DNA from: Sphagnum compactum
Lineage: Eukaryota
DNA length: 64,000 nucleotides
Direction of reading: 5' to 3'
NCBI GenBank assembly: GCA_965153455.1
Contig: OZ234494.1
Coordinates: 8,866,001 to 8,930,000, forward strand
Each line of letters opens with the position of its first letter. Positions within the stretch are counted from its first letter, which is position 1. The position numbers and the translations under genes are program-made. Shown one piece after another: positions 13,801 through 28,460 of this stretch. The notes beneath the pieces were generated by a model, which had not been told where the DNA came from, made no database searches, and saw only the letters and a program-made list of their open reading frames with translations.

Positions 13801-14699
13801 CAAGGTCACCCTATGTTTTCACCCTATGGAACTTTGTTAAAAACACATTAGAAAAAAACTAGAAATTAACCACTTGATTTGTGACTATATTTTAATTATG
13901 ATGGACACCTATGATTGAAAATCTCCCTAGTCACTTAAACAAATGCCAAAAGACATGTACTCATAAATGAAACAACAAAAGTCCAAGTCCCAAAAGTTCA
14001 TATAAAGTCCATATTTTAACATTAGAATGGAAAAAAATGTTAAAAACCAATGTTGAGTGGACCTTATGTGATGATTAATCAATTAATAAAGTCCATATGA
14101 AAAGTTGCCCATCTAGAAAACTTTTTAACATACATGTTAAAGGGAAAAAATATCAATCCAACAAAAGATGAACAAGATTGGGACTTTTGAAAATAAGGTC
14201 CAAATCTAGTAATTCAAAAGTCCATAGTTATTTGTTAGTGAAAGTTTATGTTGTAATTTTCTTTAATCCATATTTATTTTTCCATCATGTATCATATATT
14301 GAGTCCCTATAAAAAATATTGAGATGAAACCATAACAAAAAATGCATTTGAATATTAATGCAGATGTTAGATTATAGTCCATATCTCCATTTTAAAAGTC
14401 CATTACTATATGATTGGTTATGTTTATTGAATTTTGCCCCTCAATAAATATTTTTATTCAAGTTGGCAATCTTAATCCATAAATAGTTTCTCAAATTGAG
14501 GATTTTACAATGCATTTGTGGCATTTGAATAGAATACACTCTACAAAAAGTCCATAAGGATGCAAAAAGTGAGCCACCTAGCTTGCATCTCCCCATATCC
14601 CCTACTTCAAGTTGAAAAAAATCTTTTGTAGGTGTTACTTAAAAGTATCCTGAGTTATAAATATCTAAACAAGTAGTATAGATATTAGTTCAACAAGTA

Positions 14700-17600
14700 C
14701 CTATTTGATTAGGTTCAAACTTGTTGATGGAATAAATTTAATAGGTTGCTTTAACTTGACTATTGTAGGGACAACTATAGTTCCTATTGAAAACAATCCT
14801 TGTTCTGTAGCAAACATTAAATCTTCTTCTTCATTAGATATTCCAAAATGGAAATTATAACAAACTAACACTTTTGGTCATTTAGTTGGTAACAAGTATA
14901 ATTATGACTATACTAGCTCTTTGGATAGTAATAACATGTTATTGCCCCAATTGTGAAATATTTTGGCATCTTTCAACCAAGGATGGCCTAACAAGGAGTA
15001 GCTAGAATCTAACACAATACTTTGTATCAAAATCAAAGGTACTACATAAGGAATTCCATGGACAAGAATCTTAAAATCTTTTATTAGACCTAAAGGTTTA
15101 ACAATGGTTTGACCTGCCATGTGTAGGTTATAAAGTGCTAATTTTGGTTTTGACACACCTAACTTCACTCTTAGTTTTCTAGTGATAATATTAACTTTAG
15201 AAGCACCATCTAAAAGTACATATTCTATGAAGTTCTTTCCTACTTGAACTTATATTACTACCATTTGATGATCAATGGCAACTGAAACAACTGCCGATTT
15301 TGGTAAAGTAGGTTATGATGGTATCAATTAAAAATATAGTGCTTAATATCAGGTATTACCCACAACAATTGTCCCAAGTTAAATGTAGTTGATTTCCAAG
15401 ACTTACTTGTTGATATCCTTCATTGTTTTTTCCAAAATCTTTTCTGGGGTAACATGTTCTAAGGTCACATGTTACTAAATAACCTCATTGGTTCAATTAT
15501 ATTCAACCGATTGATTTGTAATAGAATTATCAGGTAGTCCAACCGAAATACTTAGTGGTTATAGTGGGTTGTTTATCATTCTCACCACATTGTAACTGTC
15601 GTATAATTTTAATAAATGAATCATGTAAACATTCTTCTTTTTGTTCTTATTCTGTTCCTTTGGCTTTAACTAGTTCCTTTTCTTTCAACACCTATTGCTC
15701 TAGTTGTTGACTATGAATAGTGACAGCAACTACCACATTGACTGGTACATTATTAGGTTTAGGCAGTTTAGGTGGTACAATAGTAGAATAAACAAGTTTA
15801 GTTCAAACATGTTCTGCATTTCAATCTTCCTGGGACATTCCCCGGATCTATGCTTAACAGTAGAATAGATTATACAATGGTATCGGACAAGTATTATAAC
15901 TAATTTAACAAGTTGTGACTTAATATTTCTTATAAGTTCTATAGACTTGACTATGGTGTTTGGTACTATGTGAGCCATACTAACATAGCCATGTGTAGTA
16001 ATCTCAATTTTTAAGAATTGCATTAAGGATATTCGGGTGTGGTAAGGCTATTAGGGGTTTTTAGCAACTTCATGTTATATAAAGGAATGATGAATGCGCA
16101 TGGTTGCATGGGGGGTTGTTTTTTTAAAAATTTGATATTAGATGAATGAAATGTAGGGTTAATTCTTTTCTTCAACAAAAGTTGATAATCATAGTTTTAG
16201 AACCTCATTTGTGTGATGAGGGGTGAAAAATCTTTAAAGGGTTGGGTTAAAAGGAAACACCAAAATTCGAATGTTCGGTAAAACATTGGTTTTGTTCTGG
16301 TATCTAGTGGGTAGTCATGTAAGCGAGGATGTTTGAGATTCGAGAAGTAATTGAGGGGGTGTCAATGAAAGGTCCAATGGAGATAGAATAATCTTCAAAC
16401 ATTATAAGCGTGAGATTAATTCAAGACAACATAACGATTAAAATAAATAGTGTGATAGGGTGATAATGACAACATGGATTTCATGATGAGTGAAACTTTT
16501 ATTCAAGTTATGGATAAACTCAACAAGGAGCTGCAATTACATGTTGAGTCTAGGTTATGCCACAATGCTAGTTCGTAACTGTAGAAAATTTAGGATGCGT
16601 CAAATGGTGTGAACTAAATAATCCACCTTGTTATTAGGAGGTAGTTGACCAATCGAACTATGCAACCAACAATAGTGTCCAACGTCGAGAATTGAAGACC
16701 ATGCAAAGATGGAAGTGTCTTCAGTTTCATAAAAACCTTTGCCGACAATTTCAGGTTCATCACCAGAAATGGGATCAATTTGCAACAAAATCATCAAGGT
16801 ATGAGAGTTCAAAAAAATGCGATAATACCAAGCTTGAAGGAATTCAACTTCAAGACGAGGGCGCACTTCTCGCAGTTCAGGATCTTCATCACGAAGATGA
16901 TGCGTCAATGTCAAATCTAGGGATGATTCCCAAAACGGTTCTTCATTCACTTGTGTAGCTTAAGGCCCATAAGACGTGATCATATGCGACGCCATGAATT
17001 CAAGGAAAAGAAAAGAAATCTTCAATCTTCAATCAACTCGACGATGAATGTATGGAAGACTTGATACATCGAAATGAGTGATTATAATTATAGGTCAAAG
17101 AAAAGGAAGAAAACATGTAAATTAATAGTCTAAAACCATGGTAAAGTAAAACCTTAATATCAATGGAAAAAAACATTTAAGTAAAATTTGTTGGGGGGGA
17201 ATGAAAAGAGATGAAAAAGATGTTTCTCCTTTTCCCTCTCCTTCCAATGGCCACCAAACTTAGAACCTTTCAAAGGCCACCAAGCATTGGAATCTTCCAA
17301 GGGCCACTAAACATTGGAACCTTCTAAAGGCCACCAAGCATTGGAACCTCCCATTGGCCACCAAGTTGGTCCTTCACCTCCTTCCTTTTCCTTCTTTTTA
17401 AAAGTGCGAATTTGGATCATTTATGGTCTCTTTTCTTAACATAATTTTCAATTTGAATCTTGAAAAACTTGTTCCTACAACTTTTCTTGGGAGGAGAAGA
17501 ATTATTAGTCTTAATAGATGGTGGAAAAAGGGAGAATAAATGGGATGATAATAATACCTTTGAAAGAATGGAAGTGAGTAGGGGTAGTTTTGGGAGCTTG

Positions 17601-19100
17601 AAATCTTAGAGAAATTTCACACGACCTCTTGGATTTTGTAGCATAACTTCTTTTTGATTTAGGTATAGAACTTGAGATTTAGTAGGCAGGTGTGCCCTGT
17701 ACTTAACTTTCCAATGAACTAATGCAAGTTAGCTTGAATAAATTATGGGACAGCAACAATGTTTTAAATGACTAGAGGTCTACTGTCAAGTTGAATTTTT
17801 TGCTTTTGTGAAACCTTCTCGGGTTTTATGGCACAACTTTTTATTGATTTGGGTGCAGAACTTGAAATTTGGTAGGCATATGCGCCTTGTAACCAACTTT
17901 CCAATGAACTAAGGAAAGCTAGATTTAAATAACGTAGGTGATAGGAACAATGTTTTAAATGACTGGAGCTTTGTTATCAAATTGAGTTTTCTGCTTTCGT
18001 GAAACCCTCTCGGGTTCTATGGCACAACTTTTTATTAATTTAGGTGCAGAGCTTGAAATTTGGTAGGCAGATGTGCCTTGTAAGTAGTTTTCCAATAAAC
18101 TAATGTAAACTAGATTTGGATCATGTATGTGATAAGAACAAAATTTTGAGTGACTAGAGGTTTGTTGTCAAATTGAACATAGTGTCAAATCCTTAAAAGT
18201 TGGTTTAGGTGGATGACAATTTAACATAAAATTCTAGGATTCGGAATTTTTGAACTTAGAAAATATATCTATTAATTTCAATTCATAAATGATGCATGGG
18301 AGCCAAACCATTTGTTTTCAACTACAAACGCAACTTAATATCTAAATATACACTTTGTATTTTTTCCTTGACAAGTAGCATAGGTACTTCCGAATATGAT
18401 CACCTCATAAAACCGAAAGTAAAGGGACAGAAAGTCGCCTCACAAACTATTAGTACTTCTTTATTTTGGTTATGATAGGTCTCAAAAGTATGACATGTTT
18501 TACTGTAATTGATGCAAGTTGATGTGGATTTTGTTGTAGCAAATGGTACTACATATTGTTTTAACTACTATATTAGCCTTTGGTGTGGTTAGTAGAATAT
18601 TATAACTTAAGCTAATAGGTCCACTTTCATCACATATTATAACAACTTCTTTGTGTTCAATCAAGGTATCTTGTTTCATACCTATTGTTGTTAATATGAA
18701 GTAATGTAATAAACTTACTTTGAAAACAGTGGTGAGGAAAACATCTATGGTTCTAACCTATAAATAATTTGTTAATTTCAACAAACGTTCGTAGTAAACC
18801 TCAACATGTTCAACAAATGTTTCGTAATTACATGTAAACTTTCTCATCATTCTTCACAATTCTAAATCATTTACTAAATCTTTGTTCCAACTTTTCAAAT
18901 GTGCAATTTGGATGGTCTTGAACAAAATTTTCACCCCATTCAAAGATATTATCTCTAAAAGTAAAACCAAATAGGTTGATAATGTCAACTTCCATTATTT
19001 CACCATTAGCTTTAATGGCCTTCTTGAATACTCTGATGTGAACATCTAGATCAATGTCCGTTTTTGACATAGGTTGGATATTACAACTTCATGTATGATA
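14700..19100 (-). mobile_element. Decayed Ty3/Gypsy-type gag-protease, interrupted by an insertion at 15969-18444
   Basis: Retrotransposon gag-like ORF at 19070-18867 (HIRVFKKAIKANGE...LFGFTFRD..EW). Degenerate zinc knuckle CIIYSTVKHRSGEC at ~15880-15838. Aspartic protease VLLDGAS at ~15200-15220 and LLGHPWL in ORF 15168-14908. Confidence 0.75.
15969..18444. mobile_element. TG..CA-bounded solo-LTR-like module, copy 1
   Basis: Begins TGTGAG and ends CTCACA (6-bp inverted termini). Flanks tacta/aacta give a 4/5 TSD match. Contains a 190-bp unit x3 and ~27-bp repeats, and is homologous end to end with 54905-56990. Confidence 0.75.
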
Positions 19101-20987
19101 ACTTGGTTGCCAGTTTTGGTACATGTTATACAATAGGTTATTGATACCATGGTGGTATAAACATGCCACTACAACAGAAGTATGGTTTTTATGCTACTAA
19201 CATTGTGACTAAGATGACTTTATAATCATTTTTAGTCACAATGTTATTTATCTAAATTGACTACTCATGTTTGATATGATTAACATAAAAAGTGAGCATG
19301 TCCATTATGACTCAACTTGGACAATAGTCTAACGACATGCTCAATTATTTTTAATCTCATTATTTTTCGTCCTATCAATTGTCGACACGTGTCACCACTT
19401 AAACTAGGCTAAAACCTAATTTAAGTGGGTATGTAGACCACATAATCTACATACTTAAGCTCGTCTAAGTAACCACCTAACCTAGATAATCTAGGTAAGA
19501 ATATTCAATCAATATTTCAATGTTGACCGCAATGGATGTCATTTGTGATGTTTGATCCTTGGACACCAAGGATGGAGTTTACTTCTTTTACCACCATGCC
19601 ACTGCATTTGTTGTGCAAATAATCTAATGTTTATTATATTTAAACCATACTTCATTTAAACATTACACAAAACTTCAAATTTAATCATTCGTATTTTATT
19701 GATAATTTGTCCAAATAAAAGATTAAAAGCTTATTCGTAAATTTCCTTCAATAATACACAACTATATAATTTTTTTAAATGTAAAATAAAATTGAAAAAA
19801 ATTATTTGAATTTTATATTGAATAACATTTCACTGACCATACTTAAATTCAAACACATGATTTGTAAATGAAAAAACCTTTATGGCTAATACATGAATAA
19901 AAAAAAAATCTTTTATATTTTAAACATTCATTTGATTTAAAATTTTATATTATACAATTTTTCTTCCAATATATCATAATTTTACTAATAATTTTTAATT
20001 TAGATGTATGAATCCATGTAATTTATCCACATAAAATATTTATTAATGGATAAATCAATTTTTTCTATATATTAAATTTTTTATATTAGTCGTATTAAAT
20101 ATGAGGTATAAATTTAATCTAAATATTTTAATTTAATTTGAATAATTAATTTATTAATATTAAAATATTAACTAATTTTTTGAAATTATATTTTTATTCA
20201 TTTTTACACATATATTCTAATATAATTATGTAGTAATATATTTGTACATATTTAAAATAAATTTATTTATTATACATATATTATATAAATTTTTATTTAA
20301 ATTTATGATAAACTTTTAATGTACAAATAATATTTCCCACATCTTACACTTCTATTTTATTTTTAATTTATAATATTAAAAAAATAATATATCATAATTT
20401 TACCATTAAAATTTAGTTCAATGTATAATATTTAATTTAATCACATTGAATATTAAAAATGGATTATATATTAAGTATAATTTTTTTAATGTAATAAAGG
20501 CTTTTATATCACCTATACGTATAATATTAATCAAAATCAGTTCCTTACATGTTGTAATTTATTATGTCCATTTGTACTCATATTGAATTACTAATAGTCA
20601 TTTTTGAATAATTAAAATAATTATATGACCACATTTTTTTGTAATGACACATCATTTTGTCCACATCATTTTCTTAGTTATTTTTTAGTTATGTTTGAAA
20701 TGATTTTATCATAATCACATTTTCAAATGATATCTTAGACATCCACGTCGTTTTGTCATCAACCATGGATGTTATATGGATGAAAACTTGTAATGAAAAA
20801 ATGATGTCATCTTCTTATTACCAAGGCATCTACTAATCAAATGTAGCATTACTGTATAACTACAATTTTTTTCACATAGGATTTGAATTAAAATATCCCA
20901 TGATTATAATCAATTATGTAGTCGTTTACAACATCTAGTCATTGATATCTTGGTTGTAAAGGACAAAATTCCTTCTAGTGCCTAGAG

Positions 20988-21250
20988 TTGTCCAATTTGA
21001 CTAAACTAACTAATGTGTTTGAAAATGGTCATCTAAGTTTGACTAAGTGTGATGTAGTGCAACTTTTTACTGATGTGGCAATATTTTAATTAATGAATTC
21101 TTTTAATTTTAAAACTATGAATTGTCCAATTTGACTAAACTAACTAATGTGTTTGAAAATGGTCATCTAAGTTTGACTAAGTGTGATGTAGTGCAACTTT
21201 TTACTGATGTGGCAGTATTTTAATTAATGAATTCTTTTTATTTTAAAAAT
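20988..21250. repeat. Near-perfect tandem duplication of ~134 bp
   Basis: TTGTCCAATTTGACTAAACTAACTAATG...GAATTCTTTT occurs at ~20988 and ~21122. Confidence 0.9.
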
Positions 21251-21929
21251 ATAAAAATATGCCTGCAAACATAAGACAATTGTCTTGTTCTTTAATTATT
21301 ATTTTTCATTATCATATGTGCATAAAAATAAGGGGTGTAAATGGGAAAAAAATCCAAATTTTACATGTGAACATATTTTTAAAATGGAGGATTAAATCTA
21401 TAATTTTGTTTGTATAATATGTAAAGTAAATTTGACAATTACAACCATGTTCATGAAGATTAGCCCACATCTTATTGTTTGTAATTATCAAAGTAAAGAA
21501 AGAAATAAGAATGCACTTTAGAGCATTTAGTTCATCCAAATTAAACACCACACCAAAAACCTTGTTGGATGACATTTTGAACTTTGAATAATTATCCATG
21601 AGGGTCCAAGCTATTTCAAACTTGAACATATAAATGTCACACTTCCAAAATAAACATACAATGACCATCTTATAGTGTTTTACTAACCATCGTTGTCACA
21701 ACTTGTATTAAAATCCTCTAATGTGTCGTCTGCTCCATCATCTTCCTCTTCATTAGACACATGATCAACAACCAAATCTACTAGTGCAAGAATAGAACCT
21801 CCTATAATTGTGGTAGGTTGAATTGATTCCTCAATAGAAATAGGAGCTTATGGCCCTTTATAATCATCAATGTTGTCAAATCTAAACATATCAAATTCTA
21901 TTTGGTCAACTTGGATTGTTTCAGTTATT

Positions 21930-22580
21930 CATCTCCCACGGGGATCTTTTCGTAGCATTACCTTCCACCTTCATTCTTTTGGGTCACTAGAAAAGAAAAC
22001 TTGCTCGACATGTAAAGGGAAAGCAAATGATTAATTGGAAATGGGAATAATGGGGGAAAATTTTATAAATGTGAAGCCATACTCATTTTGCTTGATTGTT
22101 GCACTACTCCCAGTGTAATCTGCTTTCACCCAATTGCACAACAAAACAATTGTGTTGAACACCCTGTAATTTAACTCCAAAATTTCTTCAACTTGGCTTA
22201 CATATTCTGCCAAAATTGGACTTTGGTCATTTTGACCAGATATGCATTCTTGTTCAAAATTTGCCACTACACCATAATCACTTGTTCTTAATTGTTCTTC
22301 GACACTTGAAACACAAATGTGATTGCCATAAGCATACATGGATCAATAAGACATTGTTTCCAGTGTCGGTGGCATGGACATGTGCACCATGTCTTTGATA
22401 ATTATCTCTCCATTTCTAATAGCTGATACAATGGAAGCCCTTATCCACATTGCAAAGGGGGGCAATGGGGCAAGGTCATTTGGAAACACAAGATTCTTCA
22501 CTTGTGACCAACCTTGATTGAGTAAGAAATCTCTCCTCGGTTAATTCAAATATTAACTTTTGTGGAATGCTTCCTGCCAA
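21930..22580 (-). mobile_element. CACTA (En/Spm) transposase remnant, DUF4216-like region
   Basis: YAYGNHI..., EYVSQVEEILELNY...VLLCNWV, NEYGFTFIKF, FAFPLHVEQVFFSSDP and WKVMLRKDPRGR, with in-frame stops. Confidence 0.75.
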
Positions 22581-25500
22581 AAAACCATAATACACATCAA
22601 TTAGGCTTAATTTACAACTATTCAAATTGTATGAAACTACTAGACATTAACTATCTAATAGAAAAATTTGGAACTTCTTGGCATTCTATAATGTCAAACA
22701 CAAAATGCTAACACAAGTTTCTAAAAACTATGCAACCCTATAATCAAATGTGTAGTAAAAGTAAATTAAAGAATACATTACTTGTGCCACAAAGCCATTA
22801 ATCTCACATTTTGGAACACAAAATAATGGGCCATGTCCTGAAGGTCTGTAGTTACAATTCATGGACGCTTATTAAGGCTAGAAAGTCTTATAGGTAAATT
22901 TTTGGGGAATTGTAATTTTGTATCAAAAATCAAACTTTATTGATTTTGAAATACAAACCGATTTTACATTTCTACCCATTTTACGTTACTATCAATTTTA
23001 GGTTAGAACCGATTTTAGGTTACTACTGATTTTGAGAAGTTGTTTATTAATAGAACTGAAAAATCAATTGTCGCCTTTAACTTCAGTTCCAGATTCTAAG
23101 TGTAGGATAAGGTTGGATAACTTGGAGTTTAGGAGGATTTCTAGTGATTTTTCTTTTCTTTTAGGACCCCCACTGTTTTTTTACGGGCTTGAGATCTTCT
23201 CTTGGAAAAGCTCAAAGGGGTTTTTTTTTTTATCTTTGTTTTAAATACGACTATAATGTATTTTTTTCACTTTAAAGCTCTTTGAATGAAGTGAAATTTT
23301 TTTGCTCAAGTTTTTGCTTTGCAAAGTGTGTTGAAGTTGTCTTTCTTATTTGTTGTTTTGACTATCAGCTTTGGAGATGCTGCAAAGTAATTTATTGTTA
23401 TTTAATTTTTTTTAAAGAGAAAGTGGTAGGTTATTTGCCTAATTTTTTTCCACCTATTTTAAAGTGACAATTTGTCACTAAATACTAACAAATTTGAAAT
23501 GTTCAAATCTAACTAATTTTCAATCAAGTACCCAAAAACACCCAGGAATTCAACAAATGGGCCTAACATTTGGTGACCATATCGCGGATACAAAACTAAG
23601 ATTTCTAGTTTAGTAGCTCTCTTGTTGAGAGATTTAGTAGAAGCTATTTGTTTTCACAAGAAAAGTGAGTATTATTTATTCCAAAAGTTTCATTATTTTT
23701 GCAATTTGTTCTTTTGTTCAAAATTGAAAAAAAAACATAAAAAATCTTTATTCTATGGGTTAACCACTTTGGTTTGTGAAAGATGACAATTGTGTTGACA
23801 AGGGGTATGAAGAAGCAAATGAACGAAGCGTTGCAATGAGAAGGTGGGGATGTATATTTTATTGGTTAGGGAGGACAATTTCACACGATGGATCGGGAAG
23901 GCCTTGCTACCCTTCACGTGGTAGAGTAGTAGGAGGTCAAAATCAACATTGAAAGAGGAGAATCAAAAATATGAACTAACACCAAAATTCACTCGATGGA
24001 GTGGTTGGTTGTGACTGCGAACACGGAACCTTCATGGGGCCATGTTTAGACCCCTACCAAAAATGATGTTTCTCATTACCAGGAAACTGTTGCACCTAGT
24101 ACCTAAGCCCTAAAGATTGAAAATTTTCAACTTCAAAGGACAATCGAGGATCTAGTGGAGTTTTTAGAGAAGGCTGCTTCCAAAAGTGACAATAGTGACC
24201 ACTCTTCAATGATGAATCTTTGTGGGGAGCATGACTCATGTTAGACGATTTTGATGATGCCTACTTTTATAATCGATTCCACACCCACTAGCCAAATCTA
24301 CACTTTTTGTAGAGGTCCTAAACACGCAGTTGGAAATTGCCCCTATAGATCCAGCCAAGTACCAATTTTTGTGATTGAATCGATTTTCAATACCGCCTAC
24401 CTTGCCATCTTAGTTAGTTCCTAGATTCTAGTGACTTAGGTTCCTGTAGTACCTAAGCGTACCCCTTCTTTCAAAGTTGCCCCAAGTTGCCTTGCTAATC
24501 AAATGTTGAGCGACCAATATCCAATAGTGAATCCTACCGGAAATAATATTTTACCAACATACCTTGGGAACTATGGACCATCCTATGCATGCAACAACAA
24601 TATTCCCAACCCATGGACAATGACTCCTAATCCTTATTACCTAGGAAACCCTCCACTTACTTTCTCCAACACATTTGGACCTACGGCATACCCTTTCCTG
24701 AATATGGTGTGTACCAGAATTGTTGCAACTGAAAGAAGTTACGGTGTCCAAATGTTTGTGATGACTTCCTTAGTACTAGTGGATTTAAGAACACCTTAAT
24801 GTATTATAACTAGATATTCCACTAATGTACATATAATATATCATATTATACATATAAGGGGAACTAAATTTTTGTTATTTTTATGACTAATGGACCATAC
24901 ATGGGTTTTTTAGGATGAAAATGATGTTAAATCATCCATTTGGTAGATGATTAATCCATTAGTTATATAATACTCACAAAGATAACCAAAAATATATACA
25001 ACTTAAAAAATAATCGCAAAACTTATTAGGGTTAGTTGCATGCGATAATTAATCACACATAATCACAAATCAAGTGGTTAAATTTTGACCTTTTTCCTAT
25101 AATGTAAGAATTATCCCATTTTTATCAAAAAAACATTTTTAAAAATTCAATACATAGTGAAAAAAATTATCAAAAATTTGTGATAAAACCTGGAATTTAT
25201 ATCTATTGTCAAGTTTCAAAATTTGTTGACCCGTAGGCCCTTATGTTGAAAACTGGACCTTGTTCTTCATTAATACCTTGCTAAGGTATCAAAAAAAAAT
25301 CTAATGAGGCTGGTTTTCAAGTGATTGACTCTCATTCCAATGAGAACTTTTGAATCAAGTCCCTTGCATGACCCTTGATGATACCCAATTTGAGACCCAC
25401 CTCAAATGGGCTCTTACATGACCCTCTTTTCTCAATGTGAAGAACTGAGGAAAGACCTTCAAATCTTTGCATTGTATTGGACCAAAACCAAAATTAGGGA

Positions 25501-26498
25501 GCTTTTAATATTGACACCACTTGACAAACCTAAGGTTACATAAAAAAACGTTCATGAGCAAAATATATATATGAACATAATGTTGTTCTTACACAACATT
25601 TCATGTACTGGGTAGATCCTTTGATCATACTTGGACTAATTTGAAGTCTATCAAATTGTTATGGTGTGATTTTCATCATGCAACTTTTTTTTCCCCTACT
25701 CGACACAATTTGCACTTGCTTTGAAAATTATCAACAACATGATGTGGACATTGATTTAGCATAATTTATTGTCCATGATTCCTATTTAGGAATGTGAACT
25801 TATATTAAAATAACACCACATTCACTGTCATTGGACATCAATCTTTTATCTTAATGCCCTTTGCATCTAGCCCATTTGGCATAAGTATTCAAATGATAAG
25901 GTAAACTACAAATAATCAAGCAAACAACCCAATTGAAATTGTTGTTATTATTATCATTTCCAACAACCTTGCTTATGGAGCAACATTGCTCTAGCATTTT
26001 GATTCAACCTCCAAACCTTTTCATTACATTATTTGTGGCATGGTAAAATTTCAACTCACAACAAAGAGAGGTATTAGTTGAAGATGTAATTTTAATTAGT
26101 CTAATAAGACATTTCCTTTAACAAGCTCATTAGTTTAATAAGAGCACTACCTTAATATGTAATCAATGAACCTCCATACTATTTTTAAAATTGAAGGTAC
26201 ACATTTAGCATGATTTTGTCAAGAATGTGTAGAAATGAGGTAAGGATAGTTATTTACATATTTTGCTAAATGGAAAGTTTTCTTCAAAACACATCCACAT
26301 CAAATTGCCAAAAGAAATGCATAGAAGATCACAACATAAGTGAGGGGATAAACATATTATTTTCTTTAGATTGGGAACTTGAGAGAGAATGTCATCTTCA
26401 ACACCGTTTGCAAATAATCTTCAACAATGTCAAATGAACACCATGTCTCTTAAATTTGTGGGGCTTCTTTCACAATGTGTTTCATGCTATGGCTTCAA

Positions 26499-26511
26499 CA
26501 CTACAAGAAAA
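26499..26511 (+). mobile_element. Canonical CACTA terminal inverted repeat (CACTACAAGAAAA); partner end not identified
   Basis: Exact En/Spm-type TIR sequence. Confidence 0.55.
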
Positions 26512-27734
26512 TGTGGTTTATCTCACAAAAAAAATCACAACTCATGAATGGTAAACTTTGTGATTTCATCCATTACCATGTAGGATATTTGGTATTCATT
26601 GTGGTATATATTACATTAAAATTCCAATTGAACATGAGGTAATGACACATTACATTTTTCACTAAACTTACCATCTTTTATGCAAGATTCCCAACCATGT
26701 ACAACATTATTTTTCAAATCATTCAATACTAAGGGACTGTGAACAACCCTTTAAACCTTTTAAAAATCAAGTAAATGTCCAAGTTGAATTTTCCAATTAA
26801 TGCTTCGCACCAAGTAAGGTGAGGCCTTGGTGTGAAGGCCTTACCCTTTGTAAGGGCCATGCTAATCTTCTATATTTCGTTCCAATTTTATTGGATATTT
26901 CATGTGAGGCCTTTTACCCTATGCAAGTGGACATCCCATGAATTCAATGGAGACACCAATGATGTAATCGTGTTAGCATCATTGATTGCCACTTGTCTAA
27001 GGTTTCAAACCTCACAATCCACCAAAATTCACTCATTTGATTAAACATCCTACTAAAAAATGTAAAAGCTAATGACAATTCATAAACCTTTGTATATGCT
27101 ATATATCATTGTCATGATGAACACATAACAACCCAATAAAGGGATTGAGGTGAAGCTTATAAGCTAATGAAAGAAGAGTGTTTAAAACCAAGTTCAAAAT
27201 CAAGATTCAAGGAAAAATAAATATGCTAGTTGTAACTTGTGTATAAACAAATCGAATTAAAAAAAAAGGCTCTACCTCAAGATTTGGTTCCACATAATAT
27301 CATCATTATATCAACTATGACTAATGCAAAATCCAAAATTTCATATGAACTCAAGTACATAATAGAAGATCTAATGTTTTACTGAGGTCTTCAACAACTT
27401 GCCTAGAATTGCCATTCCTAGTACACTTCCAAAGGAGGCCAGATGACTAGCAATTGTTGTCAATGAAAAGTTTTTTTGATGTCGTCATTGCAAAATGTTG
27501 ATTTAAAAATCCAACAACAAATTTCCTTTGGTTCAAGGTGTGGGGATCTTAAGAACTCCAAACATAGTTCCAACAATTGTTGAACACATTAGGTTTCATA
27601 ATAAGTACCCATGGTTTACATACTCAGTTACCCTTATGACTGGACCAAAACTAAAAGAGTTGAATAAGTTGAATTCAAACTGTATGATCACAAAAGTAGG
27701 AGAAGATGGTAAAATTAACCTAACCAAAAATGGC

Positions 27735-28460
27735 CTATGGTAGAATAACCAATAATAACCTACAATAGAATAACCAATAATAGCCTATGATAGAATAACA
27801 AAAAATAAACAAGATTAATCTATGATAAATAACTTAAAATAGTTAATAATAACCTATGATAAAATAACCAATAATAGTTTATGGTAAATAAAATTGAATA
27901 ACCAAAAATAACATATGATAAATAACTTAGAATAGCCAATAATAGCCTATGGTAAAATAACCAATAATAGCCAATAATAATCAATAATAGTTTATGGTAA
28001 AATACTTTAAAATAACAAAAAAAACTTTAAAATAGAATAACTAATAATAACCCATGATAAAATAACCAAAAGTAACTTATGGTAAAATAATATAAAATAA
28101 ACAATAACACACGATAAAATAATTTAAAAATAATAAAAACCTATGATAAAATAACTAACAATAGCCAATAATAACATGTGATCAAATAACCAATGGTAAA
28201 ATAGCCTAAAATAACCAATGATAGCCAATGATAGAATAACCAATAATAGCCAATGGTAAATAATTTAGAATAACCAACAATAATTTATAATAGAATACCT
28301 AAGAATACCCAAGAATAACAAATGGTAAAATAGTTTTAAATAACCTACAATAAAATAACTAATGGTAAAATATCTTATAGCCAATAACTTATAATATAAT
28401 AGTCAACAATAGCCTATGGTAAAATAACCAACAATAACCTAGGGTAAAAAATAATTTGCA
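27735..28460. repeat. Degenerate minisatellite of AATAGCCTATGGTAAAATAACC-like units
   Basis: Many imperfect 11-33 bp units are visible. Confidence 0.85.

Noticed and set aside
14575-14605. PPT-like GGGGATATGGGGAGA|TG suggesting a gag-protease-only element
   Set aside because: No matching LTR pair was found; the tract could be decayed coding sequence.
24503-24799. P/N/T-rich ORF
   Set aside because: No motifs; probably TE-derived debris that I cannot classify.
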